DNA of 64,000 bases from Lepidodermella squamata (lineage: Eukaryota > Animalia > Gastrotricha), in assembly GCA_047495785.1 (NCBI GenBank), contig JBLDXI010000019.1:2232001-2296000 (forward strand), given 5' to 3'. Positions 47,139 through 61,040 of this stretch are shown here, in pieces. The notes beneath the pieces are model-generated. The model saw only the letters and a list, made by a program, of their open reading frames with translations, had not been told where the DNA came from and did not search any database. A program made the position numbers and the translations under genes. The stretch's first letter is position 1. Every line of letters starts with the position of its first letter.

Positions 47139-48840
47139 AAGCTCATCAACAAAGACATATGGGACAGAGGGAAAAATCGTGAGAAAAGTTCAGAAAAACA
47201 AATCTTTTTTTTATTATTGTGTTAGTTCCAAGCTCCAGTTCCAGCTCTAGTGCTTAGAATCGAGTTGTTGAAGATTGCTGATGGCTGATGTTGAAGATTT
47301 TGGTTTTTTTGTTCCGTTCATGTGCGTTTACAATATAAATGAAAAAATATTGAAAATTTCGACTTTATATTCCGGCATTTCACTACACTTATCAGTTAAA
47401 CTTGGACTCGAATTCAACATTATTTCCGGATTTTTCAGGTCACAGTTTAGGATAAAATAAGACATTTGTCTGATGAAAAAGTCGCACCCGAAAATTATCC
47501 CAGTGTCTGAGTTACACTTTCTATTTTTGTTTTATTTAAACTCAGCTATAGTTAGTTGAAGCGCGTGCATGATATTTATAATTTCCTTTCGCTACCCCTC
47601 AAAATAACGTTTGATTTCTTCGCTGGGAAACGATGGCAAAGGAAGAGCTCAATTCCGATGACTACACCTACGATTACGGTCATGGCGACGAAGATACGGG
47701 TGATTTCGAAGCTGAAAAACCCGTCTACCCGGTTCACTACTCGCAATTAGCTTCAAATGGTACATTGAGTTCAATAAAACAGGTTATTTACCTTTGCGTG
47801 TGTGTAAACAATTTTGCCCGGTATAATACTGTCGTGATCACGTTGGCTCTTATGCTTGTATACTAATAGACGAGCACGACTTTTACCCAGAAAAACAATT
47901 CCTATTTATTGTGAAAATTTCTTCGTGCGCGTTGATCATCACAACTAAAAATTTGTCGAGTACAGGAATAAGATAACTCGGCTGTATATTTCATTTTATT
48001 ATTATTATTTTCATGGAAACTCGTCCTCATGGCGTCGGCTATTTCACTTTCTCAGCTGACGTAACTGAACGCAGCAGCTAAACAAATTGGACGAACAGGT
48101 ATATATGAAAAAGAGAAAGAAAAAAGCCGAATAATCAAGATTATACTTATGCCACAAAAAACCCAAGTCTCGACTGATTAATGCAAGTGATTGCGTGTTT
48201 TTTCTGCTTAATAGACCGCGGATCAACGGCGTAGAGCCGCCGGGGTGAAAGCGTCACGTGAGGCTCTTAAACAAGCTAGAAAGGCGTAAAAAAACAGCTA
48301 CCTGAGACTAGCGAGAATCCTGGGCCAAACGAAGAGGGAAAAGTCGAAATTGAAGACCCTGAAATCTCGAAAACTATCGCGAAAGACACCCGAAAACTCA
48401 TCAACAAAGAGACTGGGACGAGGGAAAAATCGTGAGAAAAATCGACGAAAAATATAATTTTAATTTTTGTTTCAGTTCCAAGTTCTAGTTCCAGCTCTAG
48501 CGCTTGGAATCGTGTTGTGTTGAGGAAAGGCGAGGCGAGCGCCCGACCGAGTTTGCACCGCTGACATCGTATAAACGGCCAACGTCATCAAGTGGCGGCA
48601 AAAAATGAGCCACAGGTACGCAATTTATTTTCGCCCAATTTTAGGTGACCATTTTTTATTGCTGTAATTGCAGGATTTTTTTCGTGTTGCGTTCAAGTGC
48701 GTTTTTCACGACTGTACACGTGTCACGAAGGAAAGCGCGCAACGACTGCTGATAAATAAAAATGTCCTGAGCCAGATAAAAATAAACAATTTCATCTTTT
48801 TCTATATTCTTATAATAATTATTGAAGCGAATAAAGAACA
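47139..48840 (+). pseudogene. Two partial genomic duplicates of the CCDC174 3' end
   Basis: 47545..48840 aligns with ~21745..23040 including introns and 3'UTR, with lost acceptors and deletions. 47139..47330 is a shorter, more diverged copy of the last exons and UTR. Confidence 0.9.
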
Positions 48841-51596
48841 TCTGCTGGTTTTTGACCCTCATATGAATCACGGCAATTATTTATTTTCGGTTTTTTCCCA
48901 CTGATAAGGCCTGGTAGCAGAATCCTTGAAAAAGTGAATCGCGCGCAAAGGTCACATGATAAAAAGTTTCGCCTTATCGATTTCCGTGCGGCTTGTTATC
49001 CAGGCTATTGATAAGAAACCCTGCCAAATGTTTACTTTTAACTGATAAGCCCTTCTGGTGTGGTTGACTCGAGCCAAGTGTGCGAAAAAAACCAGAAGTT
49101 GAAATGAAAAAAATATTCTAATTTATACCTGTAGGCAGTAATAAAAACAGCTTATCAAAGGCTATATAGAAAAAACGCGCAGGCTTTTGCGTGTTGAGTT
49201 CGCCTCAGCAGCAGAATCTCGCACCTTGTTTTCTATCCGGCTCATGTGAATTTTCACTGTGTGCCGTGTAGGCGTTCGCACACTAATTAACACCATCAAG
49301 TCAGTAAATAAAAAAAATGGCGAACTCCCTGGATACTCACTCCCTCTCTCTCGCTCAGCAGCAGCAGCAGCAGCAGCGAACTTTGTGACCTCGCAATGAA
49401 GAAAAAAGCGGAAAAATTACATAGTTTTCATTTTTTTATTAAATATTTTTTTGTCCAAATGTGTAAGTCCAGAAATATACAGAATAATATGCTTATTATA
49501 TAGCAATGAATACGAATATGAATATGAATGATAATAATTATTATATAACAGCGTGCTGGCCCATTGCGTCCACAATATTTTAATATAATTATAATAATAT
49601 TTTACGCATAAGTATATTCGCAATGTCTCATCAGTTCATTACAACTGTGTGCAGCTCAGCAAGAAAAAACGTGTGAATTTTTTTCATCATCATCTCAAAC
49701 GTGCGTTGAACGTTTTTTTCAGCTGTACATTATACAATCGCCTGATCATCAAAATAACATTTTTCATATGACGAGACACACAGAGCGAGCGAGCGAGAGA
49801 AGAAAGAGACGCGAGGCCAAGGCAGATTTTTCATCTTCAAAAATGCTAATGCGAGACTTCAAGTCCCAAATTCATAGCGAAAGAGGTCACGACACGATTT
49901 TTTTTCATCAATTTCGGTGCACAAATTAACAGAATCATCATGAAGTTTGTTGCCATTCCGAATAGTTTTTTTTTGATAATTTATCATCAACTTCATTCGA
50001 TTGCGCTGGAGAGAGACAGCAAAAAAAGAAACACGAAAAAACCATAAACTCAAAAAATCATCATCATCGCCATCATCAGCCAACAAATTTTATCCATTAA
50101 TTTTGCTGTTAATTCAGGTATAATAATAATAATAAGAATAATAATAATAATAGCGTTGAAAAACTAGAGGAATTTTGGACACTTTTGGTCGCCGACACGC
50201 AGGAAAGAAATGAGGGCAGGACACGCCGAGGAGTTTTTGCACATTCGCAACAATTTTATGCTCCGCACATACATACACTTTTATGGCTTTTCTTATACGA
50301 AGCTATAAAAACAGAATAACCGCCCTAATACGGTCAGTTATTATAGTACGCTTGTATGTTTGTACCTAACTATAAGCATTATTTCCATCGTTCTATATTC
50401 CTTGCCGTGGCGGTGGAGCTGTCAAGACTTGGGACTACAACAGCAGCTGGCTGCAATAAATTGAAGAGCCGTTTCACACACTTATAATATACGCAGGTAT
50501 GCACATACACATACACACCGGCCTGCTCATCTCTCTCTTATAAGGCGAAAAGATGTTATAACAGCGCGGAGAGACGAGATCCACCACATTTCCTACGCGT
50601 GTAGTTTTTTCCCTTAAGTAATACACATTGATTTGCGTTGTAATCTATTTTCAGGTGCTTGCCAAGACACGAGCGAGCGAGCGAGAGGAGGCGGCGGGAG
50701 AGAGAGACAGAGAAAGAAATTGTGAAAGACAACCAGCGAATTGTATCATTTTTCACTTTTTCGAAATCCAAAGCAAGCGGAAAATATTCATTCGAAGCGA
50801 GTTGCCCTCATTTCATCCGAACATTCGTTAATCATTACAAACATACTGGCAAATAGTTAGGATATTTTTTTATAAAAGAGAAAGGGCTCACAGTTTTAAT
50901 GAACGATGAAAAAAGGCTAAGAAAAAACGAATTTTTGTGATCCAAAAAAAACAAAGAAAACACAAAGAACTTTGTACACGTATATTTTATTTTTTTGTAA
51001 ATATATTTATTTATCGATATATGATTTTTCAGATTATATCTACACAAAAATCACGATTTTTGCCGACGAAATATTGTTGCTGTTGTAGAAGAAAAAGAAG
51101 AACATGAAGTGGATTTGCAGGTTTTTGTTTCACAAAAAAACCGGTAGTTGTATTAAAGCAGTAGTTTTTTCACGGAAACTCGTCGCGCGAGGAGGCAAAC
51201 AACAATCAAAAAGAAGGGAAATATATATATTTTTTTTCGATAACATTAATAATAATGATAATAGCAGCACAGGAATGACGCGTTATTATAAGGTGGATCA
51301 TTATTTGCAATACAAGTGCTTGTCTCAATCAGATCAACAAGGTGATTTTTCATGTTTCATCATCATTTTCTCTACCGGGAAAATTTGCTGAGAAAGAAAG
51401 AACCTTAATAAGTATAAATGATGTGGTTTTTTTTACCGTAACAAGAATAAACGATTTTTTAATATGAACATTAACCGTGACGAGTGCGAAATTGGTGCGA
51501 TTTTTTGAATATTTTTTTCTTCCTGCTTGCATTCAAATCCGAAGAGCCTATAGTCATAATTGTGCTGCCGCGATTAGAAACACTTGATTTTGCTTT

Positions 51597-53572
51597 TCAT
51601 GTAGAAGCAGTTTCGCTTTCGACTAATGCCAAGTTTCGAATTTTCGAAACGACTGGATCCGTATTTTCCTCTTCGTCGTTAGGGTTAGACGCGCCAATAA
51701 CACAGGCGTTGATAATTTCACCGTTGAGTTCGTCGACCGCGAGTTCTTCATCGTCGTCGTATTCAATGGAAGAAGCGTTCGGAATGATTGAACCCGTCGC
51801 CGAGCACGGCGTGATCGAGCCGGTCGTCGGGCTCGGCGTGGCGCGCGTCCCGAAGCCGTTACTGCCCAGGCTTGAGGAGGCGCACGACGACGCCGACGAC
51901 GAGTGCGAGTGCGAAGACGGAGATGACATGGCGTAGGGCTGACCGCCGGCGGCTATCACAACGAGCGAGTTCGGCGGGTACAGGCGGCTTGGCGAGATCC
52001 ACACGGGCACGCAGCACACGGCGCCCGGTACTGCATTCTCACCCATCTAAAAATCAGAAAGAACACAATTTATAAAATCTGCCTTAAAATAATTTTCCGA
52101 GATATTTTTCGTCTGTTAAGTTGAATAATTACCGAATTTCTATACAAGAAACCCACCTCAGGAGAATACTGGCCGAGGCACTGCTGGCATCGACACTGCA
52201 AGAACGCAGCATGAGGTGGGCAGTAAAAAATATTGTTGGGACGTTGAGCTGGCTGGTTGTTATGTTGATTATGGTGCTGTTGCTGCTGGCTGTTGTAGGC
52301 CCTTGGCGGCTGGTTGCCGTTGTAGTGAGACTTTTTGTTGTAGCCGCCCTGGTTATGATGATGCGACTGCGTAGGCCGGCCGTTATTCGAATGCAGAAGC
52401 ATCGGAATGGACGATGTTGATGACGAAGGCGAGTCACGATGGCACGGGGAGCCGCCTTGTTGTTGTTGCTGCTGCTGCTGATGGTGGTGTTGCTGCTGCG
52501 CGTAGTAGTACGCTGCTAGTTGCGGCGGAATCGGAACGTAAGTTGGAATGAACGCCTCGCGCCAGCGCAGCTCGTAGTGAGCCAACCGCGCGATGACATC
52601 GAGCGCATACTGCCGCTCCTGATTCATGAGGCAGACTGCGGAGCGGTCGATGATCTGTTCGAGCAGTTTCAGGTAGTCGTATTTGCGCGGGTCCGTCGGC
52701 GCGAAGTGGTTCTGAAGGTAGCCGGAGATTTGACGCGCCTGCTCGGGCACGTCCATGAAGTCGATGAAGAACCGGGTGCACATGTATTGCTCCTTTTTGC
52801 CGAAGTTCTGCGCATCGGCCGGCCGGTACCCTTTCACTAGCAGATCACAGTACCGCAGCAGTCCGCCGCCTCGAATGTTTTCGGGTGAGCATGTCGCAAT
52901 CAACTTATTTTTCAAATGACTATACGCTTCACTGAAGCTTCCGTAAACACTCTCCGCGACGATTGTCGGGAAGAAGTGCTCACTGATGGGCCTTGATGAT
53001 ATTGAATAGAAGGTCAGCAGAGGATCGAGCATTATTTGAAAAGAATCAACAGAGAACTGATATTCTCGCACCATTTGACAGACGAATTTGAGCTCAACAT
53101 TGTTAGGGCGCAGGCCGAGGGAGATTAAACTCCACCGGTCCCGGTCATTCCAGATCTTGATCATTTTATCAACATAAGCACCAGCCAGATTGTTTTCGTT
53201 AACACGAGCAGGATCAGTGTCGAGGGGTAGAAATTCTCGAAGGCATTCAAGAACAGCTATCCGAATAATTTCAAACTCAGCCTCGCCGGCAATGCTGAGC
53301 TTGTAGATGATATCGAGGTCATTGAATGTAGGTACAGTATCTTCGCCAAGAATGTAACTCGCCGCCCCGCCGTTCAACCGAATTTCCTCGATATGAATGC
53401 CATACTTGCAAATGCGGTCTCGTAGCATGACGATGAAATGCCGCAAGGAGAACTCCAACGTCGTAGGAAGGAGCGCCTTGTTCCGGCTGTGAATGAATCT
53501 CCGATCTCCAATGACTGCATCAAGCTTCTCCACCTGGGTGAAAGACAACGTCTGAAAGCGGTTATTAGCCAT
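51597..53572 (-). CDS. TENT5: Terminal nucleotidyltransferase TENT5/FAM46 (2 coding exons)
   Basis: RLNGGAASYIL, FNDLDIIY, AYVDKMIKI..D.DRWSLISL, NVELKFV, FSVDSFQI.LD, IRGGGLLRYC.LL, YMCTRFFIDF, VCLMNQER; intron ~52047..52156. Confidence 0.93.
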
Positions 53573-55011
53573 CCACTGTTAAAAAAGTCTAAAAGAACAG
53601 AAAATAATTATCAGCTTGGGTCCAGAGTGTACTCGAGGCCAGTAACAGACGGAACGAAATGATTGGAAAGTCACGCGCAGAAATGAAGAAGCGCTGCCGC
53701 TTAGCTCTGAAAAATGCGGAACAGCGTGAAAGATATGCACTGCTATGCACTCACCATTTCGATAGTGCAATAGGTCGAACTTTGCAATGTAACGATTAAT
53801 ATGCAAATGAGTAGCAAAAATAGATACGCGTAACTAGAGCGAAAGTCACGTTTGACGTGGATGATCAAGGATTGAGTGACGACGAGTTGAGACTTGAAAA
53901 ACTTTCATCTACAAAAGCATAAAAGCAACTAAGATGACTAATATGCTGCGCAGATCATGGCGACTTGAAAACTGCTCAAACAACAAACCAGCAAGTTGAT
54001 TGGGTATGGTAAAAGCTCGAGCAGATCCGTCGGGGCGGGGGACCTTTCCAGTATTTTCGCCCAACTTTCCAGTATCCCCTCAAAGTTTCTAAAAGCTAAA
54101 ATAACATTTTGCGCAGACACAAAGTACTATTTCGAAATGTAATTTTTATCGAAATGCAATATTTGTTATTTTTGTAAGTTCAAGACTGGTTTGGCGGGTA
54201 AACGCAAAATGATGAAATCTCCAGATGAGTCATCTCACCTGATCTACATTTTGCCCCACTAACTTACAGGTTTGGCTGTGCTCCAAGCTTTGAAGCTCCA
54301 AGGTCGAGCACAAGCAAAATAAAGCTTCGGCGCGCTAGTTGATGGTCCCGTATACCATATAGCGATACCGTATACCTTGTCCGTTTACTGCGAAAGATTA
54401 ATGAATCACGTTTATCTTGGACACAAAGGGAGAAGAAACGAGAGTTGATACATGAAGCAATGATTGACCTTAATCTGGAATATTCTGTGAGCTCTAAAGA
54501 CTCCCACACGCCATTTGCTGCTGTGAGTATTGATTAAATCTTTTGTTTATTTTGGTGAGGTTTTAAGTAATTACGCGGTAATAAGTTATAAATGGTTAAT
54601 GTTTCGCTGCCAAGAGCCAAGACCGGATAGTATTAGATTGTTCGCCGGATAGTAGCGAATAGTATGAATAGTATAAGCAGTCTTTTGTTCAAACCTTAAA
54701 GGCGGATTTTTAAAGCGGGCGTGGGCGTAAGACATATCTTCAAATTTCAAATAACCTATGGCAATCAGCCCAGATCGGTTTTGCTTCCCAGAGACATTGA
54801 ATACTGACCTTCTGCCCAAAGATGAAAGTTGACATGCTAAGATGCAATAATGACGAGCTCTTTGAGCTTTTAACACCTAAAACAGGGCTATAACTAAGTT
54901 TTGGGTTTCAACTAAATGCTGAGGGATCTCATAACTAAGTTTATAAGCTGTTCAATGGCCATTGAAATTAGAAGCCAATTGAAATTCGATTGGCTAGTTC
55001 TTAGATAAATA

Positions 55012-55132
55012 GAGTCCATCCGCAATAAGGGCTGATAACTTGCACATGAGTCTCAGTCGAAATTACATTGTGTCCGGGCTTTTTAAGACAAAAAGCCAAA
55101 CATTTATCAGCCCTTTTCTTGCCGACGGTCTC
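55012..55132. mobile_element. Short MITE-like inverted repeat
   Basis: GAGTCCATCCGCAATAAGGGCTGATAA ... TTATCAGCCCTTTTCTTGCCGACGGTCTC imperfect TIRs. Confidence 0.5.
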
Positions 55133-56080
55133 ATATGCATCTTGTGGTAAAACGTTGAGAGGTTACAATTGTCATTGCGTGTGGCATGGTTACTAAGGAC
55201 TGCTTGACTTGATCAATCTACAGCTCTGTTGGGAAAGCGGTGTGTATATACGCCTTGGCGACTGTAGTTTCGAGGCTGCTAAGATGCTGTAAGATGATCG
55301 ATTATTACGCTGTATGTAGTTAAGTTGCTATATCAGCTGCCCCAGTGTGTGAGAGGCCTATTTAAGCATACGTGCTATCCTTTAATAATATATGTGCTAT
55401 GCGCCATCGATCTGCCAATTACAAAGATCACTCGCAACCGTATTTTCAAGAATTCAATAAAATAAATTTAAGGTAGGCGATAATTTAGGAAAGAATTTTC
55501 CTCAAGTCTGTGATTCATAGAGTAGATGCAGTTAAAAGCTATATTGCAAACTGTTTTATGAAAGAAACGTAAAACTCGCAAAGCTTCTAAGCCGGGGTTT
55601 ATGCTCTAATGTGTTTTACAGCAATATTAATACTAATAATGTGTTTTCAAATGTTCTAACGACATCTGACCGTAAATATCGCCTACGCACACTAGCGTAT
55701 TCCTGCGCTCTATCGATCCTTTCGCCGTTTTTCCGCGACATGATCAATGAATAATAATTTTGTAAAAGCGAACTGTGAAAAGAAAAAACATTGTGGGAGG
55801 CTTGCATAATGAGCGAAAGATGAGGAGGCGATACAATGAAATCGATAAATTACAAGCTCATTCATGTTGTGGGTACACACGAGATTGCTCTGAGCGATTT
55901 CCCCATGGTTGAGCTGCCAAAAAGCGACGATATTTGTTTTGGATAGCGGCGTTGTGTGCCAATCGATCGCCGCAAAAATTGCCGGACAAACAATGACTAA
56001 TCAAGTGTATCAATTCTGATGATATTTGCTGTCCACCCTGGGACGCTAATATTTTTCTAGGTGCTTGTCAAATTTATAAA

Positions 56081-57402
56081 ATGGGAAAAAGAGGCCTGAG
56101 CGTGGACGAAAAGCGGGACAAAATGCTCGATTTCTTTTTCGAGCACAAGGACTTCTTCACGCTGAAAGATCTTGAAAAACGCTGCCCGAAAGAAAAAGGA
56201 ATCATAATGCAGAGCGTGAAAGATATCGTCACTCAACTCGTGAGTGACGGCCTGGTTGATTCCGATAAAATCGGTAATAATCAGCTGAAAAAATTTAAAA
56301 GTGTAATTTATCGTGAATATAGGTACTTCTACGTATTTTTGGGCGTTCCCGAGTAAAGCTGGGCAAAAATTAACACAGCAAGCCGCTGATCTGAAGGTTC
56401 AACTCGGCGAAGCTGAGGCGAAAGAAAAAGAATTGGAAAAAGAGATTGAGGAAGCTAAAAAAGGTTCGTTTTTTAAATATTAGCTTAACCTTTGACGTAG
56501 CTGAGAAAAATGCAAAAACAAACACGCAAAGAGAGAAGTATCAAAAATTGTGAGATTTGCGTTGATAAATTACACTTTCCGATACTTGTGTATGTTTTAT
56601 GTGTGCTCACGCGCAGTCTGATCAAACACGGCAATGAGTTTTCTCATGGCTGTTCGCGATATTTCGATTCACGCACAGCTTCCGATATATCGCGACGCGC
56701 TCTCGCCACCCACGTCAAAATCGATGCTTATAACTTGTATATTACGCGAATGGCTGCAGAAAAAAATGCTATTATATTTATTAGACGCCCTTCGCGGTGC
56801 GTGCGCAGTCAACAATCTGCCGCGCTGCTCTTCTGTGCCAGATATAATACAGTGGGCGCGATTTGGAACTGCAGAAAATTAATAATCTTTCCAACCGAGT
56901 AGTGCGCGCTGATTGTAATCTATTTTTATTTCAACATAAAAAACGGCTGCTTTGGATTTTATTTCACTTAGATGAATCATTGCCAATAAAAGCAATATGA
57001 TGTCACGCTATTTTATGAAGAGTGGGGGCGATGAAGTAATGCGCTTTTATTTTTATTCGAATTCCAGGCCGTGAGCCAAGCGATGACCGCCAGGCTTTAG
57101 TTGATGAGCTGGCTGCTCTGAAGAAGGAAATGGAGAAAGTTCAGGCGGAATTGGCTTCTCACCGTGAAAATGATCCAGCTGCTTTCGATCAAATGAAAAA
57201 TGAAGTCCAAGTGCGTGATAAAAACTTGTTTATTATTTTTATCAACATTAATTTTCGGTCACAGACGGCTATTGATGCGGCAAATCGCTGGACGGATAAC
57301 ATTTTTTCGATGAAGAAGTGGCTGAGCAACAAATTTAACGTCGAAGAAAGCACTCTGAACAAACAGTTCGGAATTCCGTCCGAGATCGACTACATCGAGT
57401 GA
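56081..57402 (+). CDS. MND1: Meiotic nuclear division protein 1 (4 exons)
   Basis: KRGLS.DEKR..M...F.E.KDFF.LKDLEK..PKEKGI..QSVKD....[21 protein letters not shown]; [10 protein letters not shown]; FGIP..DYIE. Confidence 0.95.
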
Positions 57403-60400
57403 AAAACAGAACGCGCAGTTTGTTGTTCCCGGTATCTGGTTTTGTAAGCCGAATTTTCGTACATTTACTAGCTATCTAGCCAGACTAAAAATGAATCTCG
57501 CCTTGTGTAATTTTTCTCACATTGATAAATAAATCGGCGATGAACGAGGCGTGATGTCACGTTCTCGGCCGGTTGTGTGCCGCCGATTGTGTATACAAAA
57601 ACACAGTGATAATGCAATAAATCGCAATGAATAACAAATTATCGATGCTATTATTGATATATTCGACAACGGTAACAGCCAAAGATCACGATCGGAAAAA
57701 TTGTATCTGTTATTGGCTCATGAGTTCGCCAGTCCTCGTTCTGCGAAAACACAGTCGCTGAAAGTTCCTTGGCTCTAACCAGGCCAAAAATATGAGTTTC
57801 ACGAGTGAGTTATATATATTTTTATTTTACTGAGAAATATATTTTTCAATTTCATTATCTTTTCCCCACTCATTTCCATAAACGATCGATATTTCTCACG
57901 TCTTTTTAGCTGAGGAAAATTGTTGAAATTACGCGAAAACTTCCTACCAATATTCTAAAAGTATTTTTCGTGCACGTTCTGGTTTGCATGCAAAATTCCT
58001 CATTTTTTACAAAAAAATATAAAGCTAAATGTAAAAGATACAGATGCTTTCCTTATTTATTTGCGTAGTTGGGATTGAAATTTTTTGAGTGTTTGCCCAT
58101 TTACGTCAAATATTTTCCTGCCAAGAATTATATTTAACCAGCTGTGAAAGCTCATTTTAACCCGAACCACACTCTTAGGGTACCCTAGAGTTGCCTGCCT
58201 CCACACCCGCGATGCAATGCAAACACGAAAGCGCGTCATCTCTCGACTTGACTCGCTCGAAAAGCGGAAAAATTCAGCAGCAGAATTGAACGGTTGTGCA
58301 GGAAATTGTTTAGCGTAACTATTTATTGTTATTGCTGCTGCTGTGACGAGGTATCTATACTGGTGTATATAAAATAAATAAATATACCCACGACGACACA
58401 GCCGCAGTTATACACAAAGTAGCGCCACTAGGAAGTTGATATCATGCGTCAAAATGCAACACAAACAGCTCGAAAATGTGATGACTGGCAGCGTTAACTA
58501 ACCCTGCAACAACAATAACAAAAGGCCGGCGGTTTTTACTTGTGATCATCTCGAATAGAACGTCCCTCGTCGCACTCATCGTGAATGCGAAAGCAGATAC
58601 AGCAGCAGCAGAAGCAACAATTTTTGTTATAATATTAATACAGCACCTATGCCCATCTATCAAATAGTCGCGCTAATATACCTACATGATATACATTATT
58701 ATAAACATACGACCTACATTTTTATTAACTAACACAAACTACCGGCGTTGTTGTTGTTGTTGTTGTTGTTATTGTGGTCAAAGTTAGTCGCTGTATATTT
58801 ACTGTTGTTGCGACTGCTGCTGTTGCATATTTTTAGATACGCGCAGTTGTATAGTTGTAGTAGGTAGGCATAGAGCAGTGTAGATATTTTATTTTTAGAA
58901 TCAACAACCGGGCTAATACACTATCTTTTTATCGCGGCTGCTGTTGCTGGTGCGACGTGTATGTAGGATATAGCGCGGGTTATAAACCGCTCTAAACAAC
59001 AAGTGGCACATGTTGTGTTGTGTTGCGGCAGCGACTAGCTACTTCATCACAACAACAGAGAGACCCTTCAAAACATCAGTGCCTGGTTTTTTAACTTCTC
59101 TTTTGTTGCCACTTGACTTATTAATAAGAGACATCCTCTTCAATTTCATCATCTCAAGACGCAAATTTATATGCACCCACCTGTGATGTTATCCTGGAAA
59201 TTAATTAGCGAATAATCTGTTAGCGACTTATTATCTAGAATTTGATTTCAACTCCTTCAGAAGTTTCTGGATTTTTGAGAAATCAAATTTTTCCATGTCA
59301 ACTCAGTCACAGGCGGTGAATTGTCGAGTCGAATAGAATTTTTCGGAATCGCGGAAACTTATCTAAAAAATATTTCTAGAATTGTTCTGAACTTCGGACT
59401 CATTTCGGATTCATTTCGATCCTTATTTGGTTTGATGAAGATTCAACCATATCTTCTCAATAAATCTTGGACCTACGGGGAAAATTGTCAAGACTTTCCA
59501 TTTCATAGATTTTCGAGAAAAATCGAACCAATCGTGCTTTTTACCCATGTTGACACATTTCTGTGGCATTGTAATTTCGAGAATCAATCGGCAACAAAGA
59601 TTTTCGACATCTTTAGCTTCTAGGAAGGATGTTTTAAAACTCGAAGACTTATTCTTAACTTGGCAATTTTCGATATTTTTTCCTATTCGCATCGATTTTC
59701 GGATATTTATTATTACTCACAATCCCATCCGTTGGATCCCCGAATTTCATGATCCATCATGAGGTGGATTTTTAGCTCGAATATTCGATCAAAAAAGTTC
59801 GAACCTATCTTTAGAATTTTTCTTAGCGTTTGCTCTACTTCTGAGACATTCCGACGCAAAATCCTCCAGAATTTTCGGAATTTGTAAATTTTGCCAAATT
59901 TCGAAGTTCATACAGAACAGTTCGATTCAAAATTAATCTTAATTTTAGCCGCTCCAAATTTGTAGCTGAACCTCGGAAAAAATTGCTAAAATTCTTGAGG
60001 ATATTATCGTTTATGGTTAGAATTTCGAATATATTGTAACACAATTCTGCATGATTATTTTACGGTCTCATCATTTCTTTCAGAGCCCGCCCTGGGCTGG
60101 ATTTGACAACATTGGAAAAATAACTTGAAAATTGTTTCAAGTTCATTGTTAGCTTTTGGAATTTGATTCCGCTTTCTCACCAAATTGTTTAAAATTCGGC
60201 ATTCTCGAAAAACCTTGTTTCTCTAATTGGAGCGCTTCTAACTTTTCGTTTGTCATTTAAGGAAACGTTCCATTTTAGTTCAGAGATCAGATTATTATTT
60301 TCATCTCTCGACCTATTAACCGTCGAACGATTATTTTCAACCCTGAATCTTTAGTTTCAACTTGTACTCGCGGATTTGAGAGACGCAGTGAGTTCACTTG

Positions 60401-61040
60401 CAATTCCGTTTTTTAGAATAATAATAATAATACGCACGATAACAACATTAGGAATTACCTGCAATGCACCCCTGTAACTACAAAACGTCTTGAGTGTAAA
60501 AATTGCGTGGCAGAGAAATTCACCCGTTTGCCAAAACTTTTCACCGCATATCCCTTGTATATACCGTCAACTATAATAATAAAACTCGTTGTTTGATGAA
60601 GCAACAGCAGCAGAAGCAGCAGCAGCAACATCAACCAAAGTGGAGCGCTGTTTAGCAGTAGTAGTCAGTCAGTCGCAGTTATATTACCAACACATCTTCA
60701 TCATCATGACCTTCATCGGCCGACAACGACGAGCGAGCGAACGAACAACTCGCTTCTTTGTAAGCCGAAAACACACAGTTACTTACACACTAGATTACAA
60801 AGCCGCGCGCGTTGTCTCCTGTTCTAATACTACTACTACTACTACTACCACGCCGCTTAACAAAATTATAATTGTAAACAAGCACTCGTAAAAAAGATTG
60901 TGTTCAACACTCACTCCTCTAGACACATCATATCATCATTAGGCAGCAAAAAGTTGGCCCTGTGTATTTATCTTTTATACTCACTAATCCGTCGTCGTTT
61001 TTTGTTTATTTTAGTCGATTTTTTTTTCGGGTCGAATTTT

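Noticed and set aside
56510-56902. ORFs within the MND1 intron
   Set aside because: No motifs, overlapping frames of similar length, and no splice support.
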